From: Heteronotia binoei
Taxonomy: Eukaryota
DNA length: 64,000 nt
Assembly: GCF_032191835.1 (NCBI RefSeq)
Contig: NC_083243.1
Span: forward strand, 101,742,001-101,806,000
Direction: 5' to 3'
In this document: piece by piece, positions 13,771 to 26,700 of the stretch
Layout of the letters: each line of letters starts with the position of its first letter
How positions within the stretch are numbered: the stretch's first letter is position 1
Program-made: the position numbers and the translations under genes
The notes under the pieces: generated by a model
Told to the model about the DNA's origin: nothing
Databases searched by the model: none
What the model saw: only the letters and a program-made list of their open reading frames with translations

Positions 13771-14901
13771 CATATTTGTAACAACAGTTCTAATGAGGAT
13801 GTGGTCAGAGTATCATCATTTCTTACATATATGAGGCAGCAACTGGAGGAGGAGTCTTCTATTAGGCTCCTATGGTGGTGCATCTCAAGAAGCCTCTCTG
13901 AGTTAAGGCTTCCACCCAGGAGATCTGACTCTGCCACCTCTACAGCTACTAGTGCATGTGTGCTACTGGGGAGGGGTGTCTACAAATCACATCAATAAAT
14001 AAAAAGTGAAGCCCCATTCTTTAGCCATGCAGATCTTTTAAAGATTTCCAGGACAGGGAGGTGGCTCCCTCCTCAACAGTTCTGTGTTATTGTATCACCA
14101 ATCATGCAGAATAAACAGTATTAACTGAGATATTACTGTAGTTAAAACTAACCAGTGTTTGCTTCAAATGCAGATTAGAAGCCAATCCTCGTCAACATTA
14201 ACTATGGCTAATTTCAGCGAGACTTAACTGAAGCCTGTGGCAAAGTCATGTGAGCAGAAGGGGCTGCAGGGCAGTGTGTGTGTGAGCCTGCAGCCTGTTC
14301 CTGATTCCTTAACCCTTGGAATACTGGGATTTAATAGCAAATCAGTTCTATTTGTAATACACATTTACAGTGCAGTACATGAGATACTTATAAAAACTTG
14401 GAATTTACCCATAGTACAGTATCTGAGCCAATATATCTTTGAACCAGCCTTTAAATACTGTACTAAAGTGCCTTGTTAAGGGGAATGTTCACATGTAGGT
14501 CAAAGTTTGTTGCAGATAAATATTATGAGTGGGGGCAGGTACATACACACAATCATCGGCAATAAGCATCTTTCCCTCAGGAAAAGCAAGATGAAACCAG
14601 AAGCAGCATGAAAAAGGGACACTATAATTCTCCATATGAGAGTGCACAAGCCTATTCATTAGAAACAGGAATAATATAAAATACAGTACAAGGGATAGAG
14701 GCAGAATAAAAGCCAACCCTCTGTACACAGCCCTGTCCAATAAAAGCACATTCCATATGATGGCAATGAAAGGGTGATCAAAGAAGCAGCTTTATAAAAG
14801 GGTTTCATGTTAGACAGAAAACATGTCTTTGGCTTTAAGTCCAAGCGTAGCTATAATGACGTCCAGGGACAGTCTTCACACAAATCTATCAAAGCTCTCT
14901 A

Positions 14902-15197
14902 CTACTTTCCCACCAACTTGCTGAAAACATCATAGACCTCTGGCTTTTCCTGCGCAAACTGCTCCACTGTATTTTTCTGCAGCCAGTCAGATGAACGCAT
15001 TTGCTGCTGTAGAAGGCCAATAAGGTCACCAAGGTTACAGCCAGCAGTGGACACTGGTTCTTGGTGATGGGACACAAAGATCACTTCATCTGTGCTGTCT
15101 GCTTTGCCCTCTGAATCAGACTGACAGGACTGGTCTCTCTCTTCATTCAGGAGTTCATGCTCACGTTGTTCTAGGACCTCACAGACCCTTTGCATTC
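14902..15197 (-). CDS. ACCS: Last coding exon (GMQRVCEVL...VFSKLVGK*), with a C-terminal extension
   Basis: CAG acceptor at 15198; phase matches exon 14; ends in tandem TAG TAG stops. Confidence 0.9.
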
Positions 15198-15359
15198 CTG
15201 CAGATTGGGGGTGGGTGGGAAGAGACACATTGGTTGGATCAAAAACTTGATTTATGCAAAAAGGTGAGGTCCTGAAGATAATGAAGATTCATGTGAGACT
15301 GCTAGTACATCACAGCCAAGTGGGTATCTTGTGGTTATACACCTCCTGAGTCCTGATTT

Positions 15360-15485
15360 AAGAACATAAGAGAAGCCATGTTGGATCAGGCCAATGACCC
15401 ATCCAGTCCAACACTGTGTCACACAGTGGCCAAAAAACTCAAGTGCTATCAGGAGGTCCACCAGTTGGGCCAGGACACTAGAAGC
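15360..15485 (-). mobile_element. CR1 3'-end fragment
   Basis: Matches the CR1 3' ends at 10535 and 23762. Confidence 0.75.
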
Positions 15486-16605
15486 CCTCCCACTGTGCTC
15501 CACTTTAATCCCATACTGCAAACCTGATCTGTATATTCTGAGGAATCGTGATACAGTTTTCCTGGGACTGTATCACATGATCAGCTCTCAAAGGAATTCC
15601 AAGGTGATATGAACTGTGATCCCACAGAAGTGCACAACAGGTTTGCAAAAATGGTCACTTCTCAACAGACTGAAACAATCATGCATGCACCTGTTTTGTT
15701 TCAAGACATAAGTGAAATTGAATAAATTCTGGGATAAAAATGAAAAAAAAATTAAGTATATGGGTTGCAGTTTTGGCTGTCAGAGCTGAAAGAGTGTCAC
15801 AACCCAATAGACAACTGATATCCTGAAGAAAAGGTATTACCAGTTCCTACTCAAAAAGGCAGTGAATCCAGCCACCTAAGATTTTAAGCAGAACCCTGCT
15901 GCATTAGGCCAACAGTGCCTCTAATACAGCACCCTGTTTTCCCCACAGCAGAGCAACATTTCCCCCCCATGCACAGCCCCCTGCCCAGTAACTGGTTTAA
16001 AGAGTCATAATGCCTCTTAACTTATGGCCCCCATGGTCTTTAAGGAAAGTGATACAGCTTTTAATTTAGTCATGCTTTCATGACTGAATAAAAAACTATA
16101 TCACTTCACATTTTTGGTCTTTTCTGTGTATTTTCCAGCTCTATGATACCCTTTTCTGAGATGGGGTGACTGAAGCCATACACACTATTCTAACTGCAGT
16201 CACAGCACATATTTATATGAACACATTCAGATACACACACAATCACAAACATGGATTCCCTAAGCAACATTTCACTGCCTGTGGACTCTCAAGGCTTTTA
16301 AAAAAACTAAATGGCACTTTTTCACTTCTGCCAGCTGGTTTGGATGTAAATACAGCCATGCCAGAATTGGCAGGGAAACGGGCGTCCTGGAAATTAGTGG
16401 TACTCACACACTGGCATGTGGCATCCAGCATCTATGTACAACATCCCACTAGGGATTTTATATACCTGATTTTGTTGCCAATTGGGACTGCAAAAAATAA
16501 TAATCCCACTATCAAGCTCCCAGCAAGTCACACTATGCAAAGGTGTTGGGCTTGGGGAATCATCAGTTGTGAAAGGACAAAGTACAAGATAAATACAGCA
16601 CTGAC

Positions 16606-16759
16606 CTAGCTGCAGCCGATGTGTTTTGTCAGCAAAGATGATGCGGAACCAGCCAGGCTCACTACATTCAAAGGCTTTACCACAGGACAGCAGAATCTTG
16701 TTATCCAGGAAGCGTCTCCAGAGCAGCATTTCCTCCTCAAAGGTACGTCTTTTCAGGTA
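16606..16759 (-). CDS. ACCS: Coding exon 14 (YLKRRTFEEEMLLWRRF...EPGWFRIIFADKTHRLQLG)
   Basis: 154 nt; CAG acceptor and GTCAGT donor; GWFR substrate-carboxylate arginine motif. Confidence 0.96.
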
Positions 16760-17762
16760 CTGGAATCAGTTAACAGAACAGTCAACAAATGTAAGGCTAC
16801 TGGGAGAGACTACAGGCATAAGATAATGCCACGGATATATGAGCCACAGAGTTTGCCTGCCAAAAAAATTGGATTAGATTTCAAGGGAGAAAACGAGGAA
16901 GACATTTCACCTTTTTTTTTATGCCCTTGGGATGCCCAAGACCCCAGCAAATCGCAAAGGCTCCTTTTTCTCCACCACCACTACTAGAATGATTAAGAGA
17001 AGATTTTCCTTGGCTCGGCTGACAGGGAAATGCCTAGCATATTGAAGGATATTCATTTTTAACTAATTTATATGCCATGCTGCCACCATGATGCCAAAGG
17101 AAATTTACAATAATAAAAGCTGCATAAAATAATCAAAGCATATAATCTGATTCATATGCTTGAAAAATTAAAATTCAAGAACCATGACACTTTAGAATCC
17201 ATAGTGATGAAGACACTATCCCATGAACAATGAGAAATCAAAAGTCCCAATAAAACTAACTCCTAAGAGATCTTCCAGTATATTTCTGAATAAAAACATA
17301 TATATGTTTGGGATGCTTGCAACTAGATTCAAAGATGTTATTTTGATGGATGAAGACATAAATGCATCCATAGGTATTTTTTTCAAACGTAAGGAAGGAC
17401 TTCGCGATACATTAAGAAACAAAACATCCTTTTCTAGTGAGACACATGGTTAATGTATCTATACCAGCCACAGGAAAGGCTTTCCAAAATCCATTACACC
17501 AAATGCCTAGCCCTTCCTGAGGGCACTGTCATGCTGGATAAGGCTCCAGGCCACAATAAAAGGCTGAAGTGTCAGAAGTTGAAAACTTCCCACTCTTGAT
17601 AGCACAGTGCTGAACTAGATGTAGATTGTATAGACCCATATGTTATAACCCACTATAAGCCTGCCTCAGTGGAGAAGGAAGGTTAGAAATTTAATTAATT
17701 AATTAACAAACTAATACGAATCCTTAGTTTGATCCAGCAGAACTCGCCTTGCAACCACTGAC

Positions 17763-17905
17763 CTTTCGGAAATCAATCCATACAAAGAAGCCTGCGTTGC
17801 GGTTCAGGAAGGGAACCCCAAGGGTCTTGAGCTCATCTGTCACAAAGGTATGGGCAGCTTTCAGTCTGTCATGGTTAGCCCGTAAGTATACCTGGTTGAT
17901 CCAGT
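17763..17905 (-). CDS. ACCS: Coding exon 13 (DWINQVYLRANHDRL...AGFFVWIDFRK)
   Basis: 143 nt; TAG acceptor and GTCAGT donor; GFFxWxD motif. Confidence 0.96.
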
Positions 17906-18559
17906 CTAGCCAAGAAGAAAAGACTCTTATTAATTTCAACATGCACATACATCACTTGATTTGTTGTCCTTACTTGACCTCATGAACAGACTCCATTAAA
18001 AACCACTGTGCTGAAGATAATGTAAGATAATATGAAAGTTCTGCACATGGTATGTGATTTGACTCCTTTCTATATTTCTGTTATCACCAAGTGAAATAGT
18101 CAATGAGTGATGAACATGATTGTACAAATTTATCCAGCAAGAAGAAAATGGTCAGAACTTTCCTATAATTACCTGATGCCATATGCAGGGTATTACAGGT
18201 CTCTCACTCTACTTTTTGGTGGAGTGGGGCATCAGCAACCCATAATCTATAGCCCTAGTAGCCTCAACTGTTTATGATGCTTGCTACATTTACATGTTGT
18301 TAAAAAGTACACTTTAAAACATTTAATTTGTAAAGAGGCCTAATCAGATCCATCTAGGCAAACACCACAAATTCCTTTTGCCTTGTCGCATCTGGACATA
18401 GTTCACACTTAAAAAATAGGGGGGGGGGGGGCTGACAGTTCCTACACAGTATTGTTAGCCAACTCCATGCATCCTAAGGATTGTAGCAGATGAACAACAG
18501 CAGCTTTAGCAGAGAAGATAAAGTAGAATACTGGGGTCCTGTGACACTCTGTGTCTCAC

Positions 18560-18701
18560 CTCTGTCTCGGAGTAGCTGGGCAATTTTGTACTGGACAGGC
18601 CCACAGACCCCATGGAAGTAACACAAGGAACCAATGGCATTGGCAACATCTTGGTTCTCTGTGTATAGGGTTCCAAAACGAATCCCAGAGACAGCAAAGT
18701 C
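18560..18701 (-). CDS. ACCS: Coding exon 12 (DFAVSGIRFGTLYTENQDV...QLLRDR)
   Basis: 142 nt; AAG acceptor and GTGAGA donor; SG-RFG motif. Confidence 0.96.
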
Positions 18702-18842
18702 CTTTAGGGACAAAAAATATGTAATAATCACATCAACACAACACAAACAAACCCTTTGTTCTAATACATTGTGTTGTTCTCTCTCACACATAGCCCTGGC
18801 CTTTGGGTTGATCCCAACGCTGCACGAGAAAACAGTACACAC

Positions 18843-18888
18843 CTTACTAATTCCCCACATCACATGGGTCCTCTGTGGATCAGGTAAT
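18843..18888 (-). CDS. ACCS: Coding exon 11 (LPDPQRTHVMWGISK), containing the PLP Schiff-base lysine
   Basis: 46 nt; CAG acceptor and GTGTGT donor; the last codon AAG is the conserved S-K lysine. Confidence 0.95.
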
Positions 18889-19110
18889 CTGTATGTAAAA
18901 GGGATGCATACAGGGAAGTTAGAAACAAATTGCTGAGACTTCTGGATCATCAAGCCAGCACTCAAACTCTTTAGAGCAGATTACATGTAGTGAAAGGACA
19001 GTGTTGTCCTCATAGCCCACAGACCACACAGTGCAGTTATGTGACACTGCTCTAGGAAGACTTCAAACAACAAAATGCCAAACAAATACAAATAATTTAA
19101 AGGGCAACTA

Positions 19111-19912
19111 CAGGGCTGTAGCCAGGATTTAAAGTTTGGTGGGGCACAGAGACACAATTTTTGTTGGAGGGGGGGGCCAGGGGGCTGCCAATATCCCCCT
19201 CTCCACAGCAGTAACCCTCTCCCATGGCGGCAGACCAGGGTGTTGGGGGAGCTGAGCTGTGGCCGCTCCTCTCCCCTTGGATGTACCTACTCCTCCAGCC
19301 CACCTGGTGCCAAGAAGGGATGTTCCGGTGGCTTTTGTTCAACTCTGCCTGGCCTCAAACAGGACTGACTGGGAAGCAAGCACACAGCAAGCCAAACAAC
19401 TCTCTGGAAGTTGCTCCTCCTCCTGGTGCTGGAAACTCCTCCAGGGCTCCCTACCCCGGGCACCTGGAGCTGGCCAGACGTGGGAAGGCGAGGAGGAAAG
19501 AGAGAGGTGGGTGGGCCAAGCCAGCACCCCGGGTGCAGAGGGGAGGCAGTATGACTTGCTTGCTCCATGCTGGCTTCCTGGGAGGGCAAGAGACCGCCCT
19601 CGCTACAATGGCAGAGCCCTAGAAGCCCTGCATGAAGGTCTTGATGGCAGCGGTGCTGGCCAGGTAGCCCAGGGTGGGCAGGTGGAATGGCTCCCCAGCC
19701 AGGATGGCTGGAGTCAGCAGCCAAGCAAGCCTCCAGAGGGCAGTGGCTGTGGGGCTGACACTGGGCACTTCTCATGTGTGCTCGTTCCCACTGCCACCCT
19801 CTGAGCGCCCCATCCATTCAATGCACAGTCAAATGGTGGGGCTGGGGACCTGGCTTTGATGTTTGAGTGGTGGGGCTCCAAGCTTTTGGGCCCCACTGTG
19901 GCCATGGGCCTC
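19111..19912. mobile_element. Non-autonomous hAT element
   Basis: Starts CAGGGCTGTAGCC; perfect 8-bp TSD GGCAACTA at 19103-19110 and 19913-19920. Confidence 0.8.
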
Positions 19913-20530
19913 GGCAACTATGTCACACTATACCTTTCTATAAGGTGGCCACTCTCACAGTGTGACTTCTGAAGTGACTTGCAGTCCAGTTCTAAACTCT
20001 ATACCCATTTAAGTACCCTGAAATTAAAGGGCTTAGAAAGGTGTAACTCTGCTTGGGATGGCACTGTCAGAATTAAACTATAAAGTGACATTTGGAAGGT
20101 CCAGAACATGCTAATGCAGGAGCACAGGAACTACTGCCTCAAAAAGGCAAAGTGCTGCATTACACCCAGCAAAAAACCCTGCCACCCCTGATCCAGCAGG
20201 GCTTTCTATATTCTAAAAGAGCTATTTGTGCTAGGAAGGTTATTTCTAAATTTCTATCCCAGTCTTCCTTTAAGGAGCTCTAGATGGCATATATTGTGTC
20301 CCACTCACTCCCATTTTATCCTCACAATCACCCTGTAAGGTAGATGTCTGAGAGAGAATGACTGGATCAAGGACAGATTGAGTCTCATGGCTGAGGGGGG
20401 ATACTGTAACTACTTGGTCTCTGTGAAGAGCGCAGTGTATGCAGTTAAGTGTACGCAACGCTCTTCACAGCCCTGTGTAGCATTGGCCATCCTTGTTATC
20501 ATGTAACTGAAGCATTAAAGCTGGCTTTAC

Positions 20531-20620
20531 CTGTCCATTTCCAGCACACTATGAAAAGAGGTGGAATCATCAAAAACCGACAGCATGTAGATCTCATCTA
20601 CAATCACATGTAGTTCATAT
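20531..20620 (-). CDS. ACCS: Coding exon 10 (YELHVIVDEIYMLSVFDDSTSFHSVLEMDR)
   Basis: 90 nt; TAG acceptor and GTAAAG donor; DEIY PLP-binding motif. Confidence 0.95.
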
Positions 20621-22162
20621 CTAAAGTAAAGGAAAATTGAAAAATCTACAATTGGGTAGAAATATATTCTTGATGATGCAGGTTGGATCCCATGGAAAAT
20701 TACCACTAATGGCAGGGGAAGGGAGATTTTTCACCTATTTTCTCTCTCCTGCTGCACAAGTCTCCCCTATCACTGTTCCTGAGGGCCGCCTGCCCCCAGG
20801 AACAGCATTTGTAAAAGTATTTGAGGCTGCAGCAAGAGAAAGAAATCCCTTCAATCAGCAGATTCTTACTGTGGGATCAAAGGCAGGGACATTCAGAGTT
20901 AAAGGTATGTGCTGCCAAAATCCAAAGCTATAGAAGCTATGGTGAAGCTATAGAAGCTCCTACCTAAGTCTTCCAGTCAGTTTTTCATGATTACTGTTTA
21001 TGGGTAAACCTTTTCTACATAGCTGACTACTCTACTCTTACATATAATGCAGCCCTCTGAGAACGAAAGGATGCAAGACTGGTCTAAACCTTACTCAGTA
21101 ATTCCCATTTTTTTCTTACAGAGTATGCAGTCTCAGCTTTGTTAAGCTTAGTGTGATGTCCAGTTTCAGGACAAATTACTTCCAAACTTATTTGGGCATA
21201 ATTTATTGTTTAGGTTATTTAATTCATTTATACCCCCATCATAAGAAGTTGAGAAGGTACCCTTAACCAGTTTATTTTAAAAGAATCAATTATGAAGAAC
21301 AACACAGTAATATACATTTGAATATTTTATTAAACCTGTTTTAGCAACCTACACAAGTGAATTAATTCAGAAGTCACTATACAAATTTCTGCTTACACAC
21401 TTCTCAGCCATTTAGACTATTATACTTCAATATTTTAATATATCTGAAGTGTTAACTGTACTATCTTTAAACAGTAAAAACCTTTATCTAACTCTTTAGA
21501 CTTTATAATTCTACACTCTTCAATCTTTGCTAGTACACTCACTAATATCCCTGCCTGTTTTCCTTCAACTGTCTTCATTTAACTAGCAACATCTTAACTG
21601 TCTCTCCTGAGTATGCTTTCCCAAGATCCTAAAGAAGTCTCCCTGCAGTTAGGAACCTGTCTAACATTCAAGTTCTTTTCTAGCTAATGGTCTCCTGTAA
21701 TTTCAATGTAACAGAACCCATTACTTCAACATATACATATTTAAAATCTTGCATTACAAACACACGTATGCACTAGAACACATCAATCAACTGTGGCTTC
21801 CCAGTGTATCTACACTTAGTAGAAGATGTATATGATACACTTGATCCAGCAAAAATCCTTTTCATATAAAATAAATATGTGTGAAACTGCCATCACTCAT
21901 GGTTTATATCACCCTGCAATCACAGCATAGTTGCCTCTTGCATATCATCCCAGGGATCTGGCCAGCAAACATAAACCCCATGAAGATATGAACAGAGATG
22001 TGCTATGGTATGTTTTCCTAGGTGCAGAAAGTTTTTCTAACACCTTTGCTGCACTGATCAGAATAAATTATTTCTATCAGGAAAAGAAAATACTTTGTGT
22101 CAAGCAGATAACCTAAGATACTTGGACCTCTGGATATCCAAATCATCCCAGGAATGCCATAC

Positions 22163-22263
22163 CTTTTTGCAAATTCCAAATATTCAGTAAGCTCTGAGAG
22201 AGAATAGATGTCCCCCAGGGGATTTTGTGGGTTCAGAAGAACTAAAGCCTTCACTTTCACACC
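22163..22263 (-). CDS. ACCS: Coding exon 9 (GVKVKALVLLNPQNPLGDIYSLSELTEYLEFAKR)
   Basis: 101 nt; TAG acceptor and GTATGG donor; NPxNPLG motif. Confidence 0.96.
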
Positions 22264-23320
22264 CTAGAAAACAAATGGGGCAGTGCTTTAAAAAGAAGCA
22301 AGCTAACAAGCACCAGAGATCACATTTAATTAATTTAAAAACAGTATTTGTATTATTTCATAAGTCTTATTATATGTGAGTTGTTTTGTGATTGATTGAA
22401 TATTTGAGCAATTTTCTGGACAGGCAACTATAAAACGAATTAAAAGGGTTTTTTTTTAAAAAATGAATTATCTGCTTTTGCTTAGCCACTTCATTTTACA
22501 CAAGGACCTGTGGGACTTGGCTAAACTCTCAAAGTCTTTTTCCCTCTGCTATATACCACTATTCCCATAAGCTGCATCACTCAAAGGCCTTCTGGAGAAT
22601 TTTCTTAGGGAAGTGTGCTGTTATACAAAATCAGTAGCTCTGGGCACTGGATCTTTCAAGCAGCAAACGGTCAAAACAGGGTTGAAATCATCTAACCACA
22701 AAAGTATTTCTGAGTTGCTTTATTAAGGTAACCTTTAAAATAAAAATTGTATTTGTCTTCATAAAAAGAGAGGAAGTTATCAATAGATAATTCAGAAAGG
22801 AAAATAATTTTAAGTTCTCTGTTGAGTCCCTGCATGGATAGCATTTGACAGAACTAGTATGTTCAGTCTTAAACAACTTGTGCTGTTGCACTTGTGATCA
22901 GATCCTCCATTAAGTGGTTTAAAACTATGGTGCTGGAGAAAGGGATAAAGCACTCCTTCTTTGTGACTTGAAGAAAGTCAGTGAATGGCATAAAGAAAAG
23001 GACTCTGCCAAAACCTCCATGGCTGTTTCCATTGTGAAGAAGCTTCTGCAGTTGTACCTAGATTCATTCACATGGGAGAAATCTGTGAGTCAATGTGTTG
23101 CTGCTTCAGTACAAAACATGGCCCCTTTCAAAATGGAACAGCAAAATAACAAAACAAAACAGGTCCATTCCCACAACAATTGTATGGCCACAGTATTTTG
23201 ATCCTTTCGAAGTTGTATCCAAAGCTTTTACATTGCATTAAACAACATCCAACAGATCAGCATCCTCACCTAGTGTTTGGACAACTATATCCAAACAACT
23301 GTAGAATAAGCCCAGCTCAC

Positions 23321-23398
23321 CTCTGACTGTGCATCCTGCAAAGCCTTCTTTAGCTTGTCCACAGTAAGCTGGAAGGGATGAATGCTTGCGCCAGATAC
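23321..23398 (-). CDS. ACCS: Coding exon 8 (VSGASIHPFQLTVDKLKKALQDAQSE)
   Basis: 78 nt; CAG acceptor and GTGAGC donor; FQLTV motif. Confidence 0.95.
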
Positions 23399-23759
23399 CT
23401 GAAGCACAATGAATGACAGAAAGAGAAACACTAGACCTTCAGAACAAAAAGAAAAAAGGCCATGTTTGCTGCACAGCACAAGTGGCTCTGGTCCCTTTCA
23501 TTTCATACTACAGAGAACAAGAAGAATAATAATAACCAGGAACTATAATGAACTGAGCAGTCATTCACTCAGATGGGGGGTTCACCTTTTACGGAGGGCT
23601 CAATAGCCATGGTCTCATGGACATAAAAGGAGAGCACACAAGGTTGTCTAGAGTGTCCCTTCAACTTGTCCCTAAAGATATTTCCTTTTCTGGATTATTT
23701 GCTGCCTAGAAAACTGGACTGCTTCAGCACCTAGAGATCTACTGAATGGATAAGTACCA

Positions 23760-26700
23760 TAAAAACATAGGAGAAGCCATGTTGGATCAGGCCAATGGCC
23801 CATCCAGTCTAACACTCTGTGTCACACAGTGGCCAAAAAAAAATTGTTTTTGTATTGTGAGAAAGGGAGAAAAGGACTTCTTTCTCTACTTTCTCCATCC
23901 CATGCATTATCCTGTAAACCTTTATCATGTCACCCCGCAGTCGACGTTTCTCCAAGCTAAAGAGCCCCAAGCGTTTTAACCTTTCTTCATAGGGAAAGTG
24001 TTCCAACCCTTTAATCATTCTAGTTGCCCTTTTCTAGACTTTTTCCAATACTATAATATCCTTTTTAGGAGAGCCAGTTTGGTGTAGTGGTTAAGTGTGT
24101 GGACTCTTATCTGGGAGAACCGGGTTTGATTCCTCACTCCTCCACTTGCACCTGCTGGAATGGCTCTGGCAGAGGTTGTCCTTGAAAGGGCAGCTGCTGT
24201 GAGAGCCCTCTCCAGCCCCACCCACCTCACAGGGTGTCTGTTGTGGGGGAGGAAGGTAAAGGAGATTGTGAGCCGCTCTGAGACTCTTTGGAGTGGAGGG
24301 CGGGATATAAATCCAATATCCTCTTCTTCATCTTCTTTTTGAGGTGCGGTGACCAGAATTGCACGCAGTAATCCAAATGAGACCTCACCATCGATTTATA
24401 CCGGGGCATTATGATACTGGCTGATATGTTTTCAATTCCCTTCCTAATAATTCCCAGCATGGCGTTGGCCTTTTTTATTGCAATCGCACACTGTCTTGAA
24501 ATTTTCAGTGAGTTATCTACCACGACCCCAAGATCTCTCTCTTGGTCAGTCTCTGCCAGTTCTCACCCCATCAACTTGTATTTGTAGCTGGGATTCTTGG
24601 CCCCAATATGCATTACTTTGCACTTGGCCACATTGAACCTCACCTGCCACGCTGACGCCCACTCACCCAGCCTCAACATATCCCTTTGGAGTGCCTCACA
24701 ATCCTCTCTGGTTCTCACCACCCTGAACAATTTAGAGTCATCTGCAAACTTGGCCACTTCACTGCTTACTCCCAACTCCAAATCATTTATGAACAAGTTA
24801 AAGAGCATGGGACCCAGTACTGAGCCCTGTGGCACCCCACTGCTTACCTTCCTCCACTGCAAAGACTGCCCATTTATACTCACTCTCTGCTTCCTATTAA
24901 TTAGCCAGTTTTTGATACACAAGAGGACCTGTCCTTTTACTCCATGACTCTCGAGCTTTATAAGGAGCCTTTGATGAGGAATTATCAAAAGCTTTCTGGA
25001 AGTCAAGGTAAACAACATCTATTGGGTCTTCTTTGTCCACATGTTTGTTCACCCCCTCAAAGAAATGCAACAGGTTAGTGAGGCAGGATCTTCCCTTACA
25101 GAACTCATGCTGAGTCTTCCTCAATAACCCGTGTTCATCAATGTGCCTACTCATTCTGTCCTTGATAACTTTCCCGGTATTGAAGTCAGACTGACTGGCC
25201 TGTAATTTCCCAGATCTCCTCTGGAACCCTTTTTAAAGATGGGGGTGACATTTGCTACCTTCCAGTCCTCAGGAACGGAGGCAGATTTCAATGAAAGATT
25301 ACATATTTTTGTCAGAAGATCCACAAGTTCAACTTTGAGTTCGTTCAGAACTCTTGAATGTATGCCATCCGGACCTGGTGACTTATTAGTTTTTAATTCG
25401 TCTATCAGTTGTAGGACCTCCTCTCTTGTCACCTCAATCTGACTCAGGTTTTTCAACACCCCTTCCAAAATTAGTGGTTCTGGAGCGGGCAAACACTTCT
25501 CGTCTTCCACAGTGAAGACGGAGGCAAAAAATGCATTCAGCTTTTCAGCCATTTCCCTATCCTTCAGTAATCCTTTTACTCCTTGGTCATCCAAGGGCCC
25601 CACTGTCTCCCTGGCTGGTTTCCTGCTTCTAATATATTTGAAGTAATTTTTATTGTTGGTCTTTATGTTTTTTTGTAATATGCTCCTCTCAGTCCCTTTT
25701 TGCCTGCCTGATCACAGTGTTGCATTTGATTTGCCACAGCCTGTGTTCCCTTTTTATTAATCTCACTTGGACTAGCTTTCCACCACTTAAATGAGTCCTT
25801 CTTACCTTTTACAGCTTCCATTACTTTGTTAACCATGCAGGCCTTTTCTTATACCTGTTTGTGCCTTTCCAAACTTGTGGTATGTATTTTATCTGAGCTT
25901 CTAGGATTGTAGTTTTAAATAGCCTCCAAGCTTCCCCAAGGGTTTTGACTGTATTTACCTTTCCTTTCAGTTTCCTCTTCACATGCTTCCTCATCTCAGA
26001 GAATTTACCCCTTTTAAAGTTAAACGTGGTTGTGCCAGTCTTTTGGGGCAACTCTCTATTTATACAAATGGTGAAATCAATAACGTTATGGTCACTGCTC
26101 CCAAGCGGTGCGATCACTTTTACATCTCTCACCAAGTCTTAGGCATTACCCCTGGTAGGTTCAGAGACCATCTGCTCCATAGCACAGTCATTGAGAGCAT
26201 CAAGAAACTCAATCTCTTTCTCTCGACCAGAACACATATTGACCCAATCAATCTGCGGGTAGTTAAAATCACCTATTACGACACAGTTTTTACATTTAGC
26301 CGCTATCTTTAAGCCTTCCATCATATTATAATCGTCCTCTATCTTTTGATTTGGTGGGCAATAACAAACTTCTATAGTTAAATTTCCTTTTGGGCCCTCT
26401 ATTTCAACCCAAAGCATTTCTAGAAGGGAATCTAATTCTCTGACCTCAGTCCTACTGGACTGTATACCCTCTCTGACATACAGAGCCACCCCACCTCCAA
26501 CCCTTCCCTCCCTATCCTTCCGATATAACTTATATCCAGGAATCACCGTGTCCCACTGATTCTCCTCATTCCACCAAGTTTCTGAAATTCCCACAATGTC
26601 TATGTTTTCTCCCAACACTAAACATTCCAACTCACCAATTTTACTTCAAACACTTCTAGCATTTGCATACAAACATCTATAATTTCCCAGGCAAGCTAGG

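Noticed and set aside
18100-18180. GTGATGA...CTGA box C/D-like pair
   Set aside because: It is antisense to the host gene and has no convincing terminal stem.
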